Shown here: positions 7,830 through 13,282 of the stretch, in pieces
Numbering within the stretch: position 1 is the stretch's first letter
Layout: each line of letters begins with the position of its first letter
Source of the DNA: a virus
DNA: 56,872 nt
IMG/VR virus record: IMGVR_UViG_3300045988_079972
Coordinates: 1-56,872 of that record
Strand: one strand, 5' to 3'
Notes under the pieces: generated by a model
Seen by the model: only the letters and a program-made list of their open reading frames with translations
What the model was told of the DNA's origin: nothing
The model's database searches: none
Position numbers and translations under genes: made by a program

Positions 7830-7856
7830 CTTTTTGCCCTCCTAATTTTATTTTAA

Positions 7857-7900
7857 AGCAAGCCGGGGAATCGAACCCCGGAAAAGTGCCGACACTTGCC
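7857..7900 (-). ncRNA. tRNA-like acceptor/T-arm minihelix (no D arm or anticodon arm) inside the leftward operon
   Basis: Minus-strand read GGCAAGT-gtcggcacttttc-CGGGG-TTCGATT-CCCCG-GCTTGCT-T: canonical T-loop; 7-bp acceptor-like stem (5 Watson-Crick and 2 G-U pairs). Confidence 0.45.
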
Positions 7901-8193
7901 TAAATACAACTTTTGAGTGCTAATCTTTTGACCTCTTCGCATTTGACATTAACAAGATATTTTGCTCGGTCAAAATTAACCTTTCCACCTGTGCAATTAA
8001 CAATGTAATTTGCACATTCTATGTATTTGTTAAATTCTTTTTCGTATGCCTTATCAAAGGCTTTTTCTAACTCTGCATCTTCTGGGTTCTTTTCCCACCT
8101 CTTTTCTATTGTGTCGCAAGTTCTTGCAAGCTCACAATATTCGTCAATCAGTTCATGTAATTTTTTCATCATATCAACCGTCCTTTCTGCCAT
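7900..8193 (-). CDS. Hypothetical protein (leftward operon, gene 3)
   Basis: 97 aa; start could instead be Met8 (8172), which has the better RBS aaagga. Confidence 0.55.
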   Translation of the reverse strand: MAERTVDMMKKLHELIDEYCELARTCDTIEKRWEKNPEDAELEKAFDKAYEKEFNKYIECANYIVNCTGGKVNFDRAKYLVNVKCEEVKRLALKSCI

Positions 8194-8196
8194 TTA

Positions 8197-8418
8197 TTAA
8201 ATTCCATAAATTAAGATTTCAAAAATGCCATTTTCGATATTTTCAAATTCGACTTTAAAAAACAAACCGCAATTCAAGTAGTCACATTCCAATGCTCCGA
8301 GATGTGAATATCTCCACGGGATGTTGTTTTTTTCAAACGCATCTATAGCGTTTGAATTTAAACTACCTTTTCCCCACTCAACTAAAAGTCCTGTCCTTGC
8401 CTTTTCTTCGTTTTTCAT
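8197..8418 (-). CDS. Hypothetical small protein (leftward operon, gene 2)
   Basis: 73 aa, RBS agaggaggtgtagaaat. Confidence 0.6.
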   Translation of the reverse strand: MKNEEKARTGLLVEWGKGSLNSNAIDAFEKNNIPWRYSHLGALECDYLNCGLFFKVEFENIENGIFEILIYGI

Positions 8419-8433
8419 ATTTCTACACCTCCT

Positions 8434-8556
8434 CTATTCATCTTCCAAGTGTGCGTATTCTTCGCACTCTTTTTTCTTTGGACATTCTGAACATCTGTCC
8501 TCGTATTTTTCACATATTTCTGTAAGCTCTCTTTCAAGCTCTTCAATTCTTGTCAT
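8434..8556 (-). CDS. Hypothetical acidic Cys-containing miniprotein (leftward operon, gene 1)
   Basis: 40 aa, hand-translated (MTRIEELERELTEICEKYEDRCSECPKKKECEEYAHLEDE); RBS taggaggtacaagatt. Confidence 0.45.
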   Translation of the reverse strand: MTRIEELERELTEICEKYEDRCSECPKKKECEEYAHLEDE

Positions 8557-8605
8557 AATCTTGTACCTCCTAAAATGTTTTATTTGTATTTCTTATCTTG
8601 TATAT

Positions 8606-8634
8606 ATAATAGCACATATATTGCACATATACAA
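8606..8634 (-). promoter_or_regulatory. Candidate leftward promoter of the small-ORF operon
   Basis: Minus-strand read TTGTAT (8634-8629), 17 nt, TGcTATTAT (-10 at 8611-8606); the spacer is occupied by two GCACATAT boxes. Confidence 0.4.
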
Positions 8635-8707
8635 TATACAAAATGCACAAATATTGCACATATATTATAAGGCTTTATTGTATAATATGTATAATGCACA
8701 TATACCA

Positions 8708-8736
8708 TTGACTTTATAATGCACATATGTTAATAT
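8708..8736 (+). promoter_or_regulatory. Promoter P1 (drives the RHH gene), inside copy 1 of the 42-bp repeat
   Basis: TTGACT(8708-8713), 17 nt, TAATAT(8731-8736). Confidence 0.6.
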
Positions 8737-8766
8737 ATAAAGAAAAAAAGATTGGAGGATAATAAA

Positions 8767-8961
8767 ATGAGTGAAAATAAAACAAGTGCTGCACAGCTTA
8801 AAGCGTCAAGAGAATACGAGAAAAGAAATGACAGGATAAATGTTGTATTCCCAGCAGGGACACGAAGCCGCATGAAAGCGTTAGGTATTGAAAAACCTAA
8901 CACATTTATAAAAGAAGTTGTTGCCAGCGAACTTGAAAAAATGGAAAAATATTCAAAATAA
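8767..8961 (+). CDS. Ribbon-helix-helix (Arc/CopG/omega-like) regulator
   Basis: Start refined to ATG 8767 (RBS ggagga); RINVVFPAGTRSRMKALGIEKPNTFIKEVVASELEKM fits a strand-helix-helix. Confidence 0.6.
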   Translation: MSENKTSAAQLKASREYEKRNDRINVVFPAGTRSRMKALGIEKPNTFIKEVVASELEKMEKYSK

Positions 8962-8974
8962 TGCACATATACCA

Positions 8975-9003
8975 TTGACTTTATAATGCACATATGTTAT
9001 AAT
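8975..9003 (+). promoter_or_regulatory. Promoter P2 (drives the acidic-protein gene), inside copy 2 of the 42-bp repeat
   Basis: TTGACT(8975-8980), 17 nt, TATAAT(8998-9003). Confidence 0.6.
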
Positions 9004-9051
9004 GTATTCAACAAATAAGAAAGGCAGCCAAGTGGCTGAAAGGTGGATATT

Positions 9052-9540
9052 ATGAGTAGAAGAGCATACACAGGTTACAGAGAAAGAGGTAATCAGCATT
9101 TATACAATGACTTTACAGAAATTGAAGCGGACGAGCTTCCAAAGGTCGGTGAGGAATGGAGGGACGGGATTGTTTACGCTGTCAATGAGGAGCAGCTTGA
9201 TTGTGAACAGCCGAACGATGATAATTTTAAATTTAACTATTATTATATAGAGTGGATAGACGGTGACGGCGATGATTGCGGCGAGTATGTTTGTTTTTTA
9301 GATTATGAGTATAAATTAGACGACGACATGGAATATATTCAAAAAGATTTATTTGAAAAATTAAAAGGCGATTCAAAATTATCAAATTGTGAAGATGCCA
9401 GCGACTTTGCGGAGTTTATAAACGAAGAAAACTCCGGTGGTAACCTTGAATTTTTAGCAACAACCGCACGAATGTTTGGAAATGAGGTTGTAGACAGCGT
9501 TATAAGCGAATACGATTATTCGCCCGAAATTTACAAATAA
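9052..9540 (+). CDS. Highly acidic hypothetical protein (candidate DNA mimic / anti-restriction, speculative)
   Basis: About 163 aa from ATG 9052 (RBS aaaggtgga); many D/E runs (IEWIDGDGDDCGEYVCFLDYEYKLDDDMEY). Confidence 0.6.
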   Translation: MSRRAYTGYRERGNQHLYNDFTEIEADELPKVGEEWRDGIVYAVNEEQLDCEQPNDDNFKFNYYYIEWIDGDGDDCGEYVCFLDYEYKLDDDMEYIQKDLFEKLKGDSKLSNCEDASDFAEFINEENSGGNLEFLATTARMFGNEVVDSVISEYDYSPEIYK

Positions 9541-9560
9541 AAAAAGTAAATGCAGTCAAA

Positions 9561-9588
9561 AGCGGCTTGAAATATAGCCGCTTTTTTG
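9561..9588 (+). terminator. Rho-independent terminator
   Basis: AGCGGCT/AGCCGCT stem followed by tttttt. Confidence 0.8.
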
Positions 9589-9633
9589 ATGCAAAAACAT
9601 AATTCTATTATTTCACAATATTCTTTATAATCT

Positions 9634-9854
9634 TACAGAAAATCGAGTAAAAGATAGGGTATATATCATTACTCGAAAATCTGTATAAATCTAGTCTAGT
9701 TTCTGTATAATTTTATAAACACGAACTCGAATTTCTGTATATTTTTAAAAAAACATTTTTATATTGCAGTTTTAACAAGTAAATAGAGATGCATACTATT
9801 TTATTTTGTGCAGTTATTACAAATATTATGCTATAAATATACAGATTTTTGAGT
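9634..9854. repeat. Five copies of a 17-nt iteron ACTCGAWWWTCTGTATA in both orientations
   Basis: 9634-9648(-), 9671-9687(+), 9698-9710(+, partial), 9725-9741(+), 9838-9854(-), within a 650-bp AT-rich non-coding region. Confidence 0.75.
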
Positions 9855-10071
9855 TTTGCTGATACCCCATACAAGCATCTGTTTCTGTTACTGTTATATC
9901 AAAGACTTTAACTCTTAGATAAAACTATAGTATTAGCCAATAAAGTATATTAAGCATAAATATATATATAAATATAGCCGGTACAGTATATTATAAATAT
10001 ATATACTACACTATACACATATAAAGCTAGTATGTAGATTTTATATAAAACAAAAAAATATATTTAGGGTA

Positions 10072-10100
10072 TTGACAGCAGTTATATTTAGCTGTATAGT
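10072..10100 (+). promoter_or_regulatory. Candidate promoter upstream of terS
   Basis: TTGACA(10072-10077), 17 nt, TATAGT(10095-10100). Confidence 0.55.
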
Positions 10101-10225
10101 AGATGCATAAATTAAATATTTAGCAGATTTGCACTTGAGAGATATAAACATATATAGCGTATATGCCATGTATAATATCTTTTCAGGTGCTTTTTTATTT
10201 ATATAACAATACTGGAGGTGAGAAG

Positions 10226-10873
10226 ATGGTAAAGGATGTAGAGCAAAACATAGATGTATTTGAAAATGATGTAGATAAATATTTACAGCTTTTTCTTGAA
10301 GAGCAAGGCATAGAAGACATGAGAAGCGAGCCGCAAAATGTGTGGAGTTCTGCATTGATGTATATTCAAAAGCATGTATTTAAAAATAATAAAATGTTAA
10401 AAATGACTACACCACCAGAGGGTTATATAAATAACAATTACGACAACGAGCATAGCAATCTTAATAAGAGTAACTGTAACGCATATGACTTAGAGCAAGT
10501 AAAACGTATATGTGATATATATATATATGAGTGTATGCTATATGATAAGATACCTACTCAGCAGGGTTTTATATATATGACAGGCATAACTGTAGATACT
10601 ATATGCAGGTGGAAGAAAGATAGTAGTGTACTAAGTAAAGCGGGTTCAGAGTTTTTGCAAAATCTTTATGACAGTGAGGAGGAAGCGTTAATGTCTAAAG
10701 CATTCTCGCTCAGGAATCCGACCGGAGCATTGGCTGCACTCAATCACAAGAAGGGCTGGAGAGAAGATGGCAAGCTGCACATACAGCAAGTCGAACAAAA
10801 GACAGCAGCAGAGCTTCCAAGACTTGACGCAATACCCCAAGATGTAGCGGTTATTGAGGATAAAAAACACTAG
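10226..10873 (+). CDS. terS: Terminase small subunit
   Basis: Start at ATG 10226 (RBS ggaggtg); HTH-like GFIYMTGITVDTICRWKK and C-terminal NPTGALAALNHKKGWRED, typical of TerS families. Confidence 0.6.
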   Translation: MVKDVEQNIDVFENDVDKYLQLFLEEQGIEDMRSEPQNVWSSALMYIQKHVFKNNKMLKMTTPPEGYINNNYDNEHSNLNKSNCNAYDLEQVKRICDIYIYECMLYDKIPTQQGFIYMTGITVDTICRWKKDSSVLSKAGSEFLQNLYDSEEEALMSKAFSLRNPTGALAALNHKKGWREDGKLHIQQVEQKTAAELPRLDAIPQDVAVIEDKKH

Positions 10874-10887
10874 ATGTTGTGCAAATT

Positions 10888-10921
10888 TTGATAAACTTTA
10901 AGATAAACAATAGTTTATCAA
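10888..10921. repeat. Perfect 10-bp inverted repeat TTGATAAACT/AGTTTATCAA (14-nt spacer)
   Basis: Seen directly, 15 nt after the terS stop; the spacer contains a further GATAAAC. Confidence 0.8.
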
Positions 10922-10929
10922 AGAGTTGA

Positions 10930-11038
10930 GAAAAGCCGGATGCCGTCACCAACGGCAGGGGGGTACCCCTCTGGTGAGCTTGAAAAAATCGCCCCACTAA
11001 GTCCCTCAAATATCCTCAAAAACAAAAACCGGCTTTTC
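10930..11038 (+). ncRNA. GC-rich structured element closed by a 10-bp stem (candidate cis-regulatory leader or small RNA)
   Basis: GAAAAGCCGG(10930-10939)/CCGGCTTTTC(11029-11038) encloses 89 nt containing the GCCGT/ACGGC hairpin, GGGGTACCCC, and CCCTC/CCTC tracts complementary to the downstream RBS ggaaaggag. Confidence 0.4.
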
Positions 11039-11055
11039 AGGGAAAGGAGTAGCCT

Positions 11056-11241
11056 ATGAGAAAATACACTGTAAAAGAATTGTTTTCGTTGAGACATAAT
11101 GGGATTGCAACAAAGTTTATCCTTGGAAAATTCTTACTGGTACAAAATCATATAGTTGATTGGCATTTCCCAAAAGATGGCAGTAGTCCTGAAAAAGCGT
11201 ATATTATTCTTAAAGGCGAACATTTAGCAAGATTAGTATGA
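11056..11241 (+). CDS. Hypothetical small protein
   Basis: 61 aa, RBS ggaaaggagtagcctATG. Confidence 0.55.
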   Translation: MRKYTVKELFSLRHNGIATKFILGKFLLVQNHIVDWHFPKDGSSPEKAYIILKGEHLARLV

Positions 11242-11248
11242 GGTGTAT

Positions 11249-11404
11249 ATGATAGCAGAGATTTTGAAAAGATTATTTTGTAAACATGAATGGGAGTTAA
11301 AACATTGTATTGCGATACAAGGAGAAAACGATAAAATTCCAGTCGGATATAAAGATGTTTATGTCTGTGAAAAGTGTTTGCGAAAGCATTTTATAAAATA
11401 TTAA
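11249..11404 (+). CDS. Hypothetical Cys-containing miniprotein (51 aa)
   Basis: Hand-translated MIAEILKRLFCKHEWELKHC...VYVCEKCLRKHFIKY; RBS tgaggtgtat. Confidence 0.4.
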   Translation: MIAEILKRLFCKHEWELKHCIAIQGENDKIPVGYKDVYVCEKCLRKHFIKY

Positions 11405-11422
11405 AGCAAAAGGAGAACAAAA

Positions 11423-11755
11423 ATGACTGGCAATGAGTATCAAAAGTTTGCAAACAGAACTTGCAGTATTACAGAAAACAAAACGGATATGCTGCATCAT
11501 GCAGTATTCGGTTTAACATCTGAGGCAGGAGAAGTAGCCGGGATGTTACAAAAGAAATATCAGGGGCACGAATTTGATATAGACCATTTCAAGAAAGAAT
11601 TAGGAGATTGTACATGGATGATTGCGGAAGCGTGTACTGCGGTCGGAATAACTCTTGACGATGTATTTAACACGAATATCAAGAAATTAAAGAAACGCTA
11701 TCCTGATGGTTTTACAACAGAAAATTCACTGCATAGGGCAGAAAATGATATATAA
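11423..11755 (+). CDS. mazG: MazG-like nucleoside triphosphate pyrophosphohydrolase
   Basis: EYQKFANRT...LHHAVFGLTSEAGEVAGMLQKK...KKELGDCTWMIAEACTAVGITLDDVFNTNIKKLKKRYPDGF matches the all-alpha MazG signature. Confidence 0.8.
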   Translation: MTGNEYQKFANRTCSITENKTDMLHHAVFGLTSEAGEVAGMLQKKYQGHEFDIDHFKKELGDCTWMIAEACTAVGITLDDVFNTNIKKLKKRYPDGFTTENSLHRAENDI

Positions 11756-11913
11756 GAGTGAGGTGAAGAGATATGGCAATTAGAGCACCAACAATTTAAA
11801 GTGAAACATTTTTTGAAACTTGTTTAACATTTGTATTTTAATTCATATCTTTAGTACTTCATAAAAATATTACATATCACACACCGCAAGGCGATAACAG
11901 TCTTGCGGAATAA

Positions 11914-11985
11914 TGGGGTATCGCCAAGAGGTTAAGGCATAGCACTTTGACTGCTACATCATGGGTTCAAATCCCATTACCCCAG
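11914..11985 (+). tRNA. tRNA-Gln (anticodon TTG)
   Basis: Hand-folded cloverleaf: acceptor TGGGGTA/TACCCCA, anticodon arm TAGCA-CTTTGAC-TGCTA, T-arm ATGGG-TTCAAAT-CCCAT. Confidence 0.85.
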
Positions 11986-12240
11986 TTTGGCAAGATGCCA
12001 TCTTTGTTTTTCTTCTTGCAAAATCGCGGAGAAAAACTCCTTTCCCACACTAGCGGAATGCTGATTAAAGAGCCATCGCACGGCTCGGTGTGGTTGTTCG
12101 GGTGTCTATCCCACGATGCCCGAACTTACATACTTTTTCCGTACTGGACTAATGTAGTTCCATTACAACTTTCACACCCACCCATAACACACAGGTGCTT
12201 GCATACCATCTTAAAGCCTATACATAGGTGTATGCAGTTT

Positions 12241-12312
12241 TGGCATATAGTTCAGTGGTAGAACGCCTGACTGTTAATCAGGATGTCGCAGGTTCGATAC
12301 CTGCTATGCCAG
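12241..12312 (+). tRNA. tRNA-Asn (anticodon GTT)
   Basis: Acceptor TGGCATA/TATGCCA, D-arm GTTC-AGTGGTA-GAAC, anticodon arm CCTGA-CTGTTAA-TCAGG, T-arm GCAGG-TTCGATA-CCTGC. Confidence 0.9.
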
Positions 12313-12318
12313 TTAAAC

Positions 12319-12371
12319 AGAGTAAGCATGGTGTAGAATGGTGGTTCGAGTCCACCTGTGAGCATAACTCT
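12319..12371 (+). ncRNA. Truncated tRNA-like element (canonical T-arm, no D or anticodon arm)
   Basis: AGAGT-aagcatggtgtagaat-GGTGG-TTCGAGT-CCACC-tgtgagcata-ACTCT; shares AGAGTA...ATGGTGT with the minihelix at 13197. Confidence 0.35.
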
Positions 12372-12430
12372 AGCGAAAAAGGTACTCACCGCTTCTTTCC
12401 TAATGTTCTTAGCGATATAAAGAAAATTAG

Positions 12431-12520
12431 GGGCGAACGGCAACGATTGGTGGTGTTGCGGCAGACTGTAAATCTGTTCCCATGTGGTAAACAATAGAGG
12501 TTCGATTCCTCTTTCGCCCA
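12431..12520 (+). tRNA. tRNA-Tyr (anticodon GTA), long variable arm
   Basis: Acceptor GGGCGAA/TTCGCCC, anticodon arm GCAGA-CTGTAAA-TCTGT, 18-nt variable arm, T-arm AGAGG-TTCGATT-CCTCT. Confidence 0.85.
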
Positions 12521-12523
12521 TTT

Positions 12524-12606
12524 GCAGATATGGTGTAATGGTATCACAGTAGCTTGCTAAGCTATCCAGTAGAAATGCTGTCAAGGTTCGAATCCTTGTG
12601 CCTGCG
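12524..12606 (+). tRNA. tRNA-Ser (anticodon GCT), long variable arm
   Basis: Acceptor GCAGATA/TGCCTGC (one A-C mismatch), anticodon arm GTAGC-TTGCTAA-GCTAT, 16-nt variable arm, T-arm CAAGG-TTCGAAT-CCTTG. Confidence 0.75.
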
Positions 12607-12799
12607 TTATGTCAACACTTGTGCAGAAACCAATGTCGGCAATGGAAGAACAGAAACTAGCTGTTGACATTATACTTTTACTCTCGACAAACATCAATAA
12701 GGATGGTTCGGGAACGGTATAACAAAGTCCGTATGAATTATACAAATATAGCAACAAAAATAATTCAATCCGTAAGTAGATGCTATGAGCTTACGGTTT

Positions 12800-12917
12800 C
12801 GGATAGTAGCTTAATGGCAGAGCTTCCTCGGAGCCGAAAGTGTAAGAATAAGGATGGTGCACACGAATTATTCTGAGAAAAAGCAGAGTGGCAGAGGTTC
12901 GATTCCTCTCTATCCGG
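12800..12917 (+). ncRNA. Oversized tRNA-like RNA (118 nt): intact acceptor, D and T arms but expanded, unfoldable core
   Basis: CGGATAG/CTATCCG acceptor, GCTT-AATGGCA-GAGC D-arm, AGAGG-TTCGATT-CCTCT T-arm (identical to tRNA-Tyr); 68 nt between the D and T arms, including the AGAATAA/TTATTCT hairpin; I could not fold a standard anticodon arm. Confidence 0.45.
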
Positions 12918-13016
12918 TTTATTTGGTCAGTGATATGCTGTTGGCTTAACTGGTGGTCTATGTCATGGCTGAATACAATACACGCCCACGCAAAAATACT
13001 AGTTACGACGCGGGTG

Positions 13017-13128
13017 GTAGATAGTGACGGAATAGGTAAACGGAATTGTCGTAGAGAATTGGGTGCAATCGACAACTTAGCTACCCAGGTTGCGCACTCC
13101 TGTGTGGTGCAAATCCACACCTATCTAC
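13017..13128 (+). ncRNA. Oversized tRNA-like RNA (112 nt) with 8-bp acceptor-like stem and 6-bp T-like stem
   Basis: GTAGATAG/CTATCTAC; GTGTGG-TGCAAAT-CCACAC; the core holds a long bulged hairpin TTGTCG..ATTG-GGTG-CAATCGACAA and the direct repeat ACGGAAT x2. Confidence 0.4.
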
Positions 13129-13196
13129 TTATCCCTGGCAATTACAAGGATAGCTGATAAACAGGCTTTTTAAAGCTCCTCCTAACAGTATGAAGA

Positions 13197-13243
13197 AGAG
13201 TAGACAGATGGTGTTTTATCCGGTTCGATTCCGGACTACTCTT
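13197..13243 (+). ncRNA. tRNA-like acceptor/T-arm minihelix (47 nt)
   Basis: AGAGTAG-acagatggtgtttta-TCCGG-TTCGATT-CCGGA-CTACTCT-T: perfect 7-bp acceptor stem and canonical T-arm; no D or anticodon arm. Confidence 0.5.
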
Positions 13244-13282
13244 TACTAAATTAACTTTAAAATATTAGAAAAGGAGTAAATA

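Larger units (their letters stand above)
8612..8995 (+). repeat. Array of eight same-orientation (T)GCACATAT boxes (putative RHH operators)
   Basis: GCACATAT at 8612, 8623, 8656, 8696, 8721, 8963 and 8988, plus the variant tgcacaaatat at 8644; 11-bp spacing within the pairs 8612/8623 and 8644/8655. Confidence 0.8.

Noticed and set aside
7857-7945. A full-length type II tRNA (Leu/Ser-like) on the minus strand
   Set aside because: Only the T-arm and a 3' acceptor strand are canonical. Upstream there is no D arm or anticodon arm, and the sequence overlaps the end of ORF 7900-8193. It is kept only as a minihelix or fragment.
8321-8993. ORFs 8321-8719(+) and 8730-8993(-), which cross the divergent promoter/operator region
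   Set aside because: They overlap well-supported small genes and the promoter array on the opposite strand. Their translations are Ser/Phe/Leu-rich low complexity.
8612-8995. Whether the TGCACATAT repeat array could be a CRISPR array
   Set aside because: The repeats are only 8-9 nt, the spacing is irregular (11-25 bp and one gap of about 240 bp), they overlap promoters and a gene, and there are no cas genes.
10041-10355. 104-aa minus-strand ORF in the AT-rich iteron/promoter region
   Set aside because: It has no RBS, overlaps the terS start and promoter, and has an AT-rich-driven composition.
13017-13128. A tRNA-Sec assignment for the element with the 8-bp acceptor
   Set aside because: There is no TCA anticodon loop, no 6-bp D-stem, and no sel genes. 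The resemblance is limited to stem lengths.
11947-13157. ORF-track entries 11947-12261, 12228-12497, 12252-12584(-), 12664-12876, 12791-13120(-) and 12888-13157
   Set aside because: They run through canonical tRNA genes and tRNA-like stems, lack ribosome-binding sites, and have odd composition. They are treated as non-coding.
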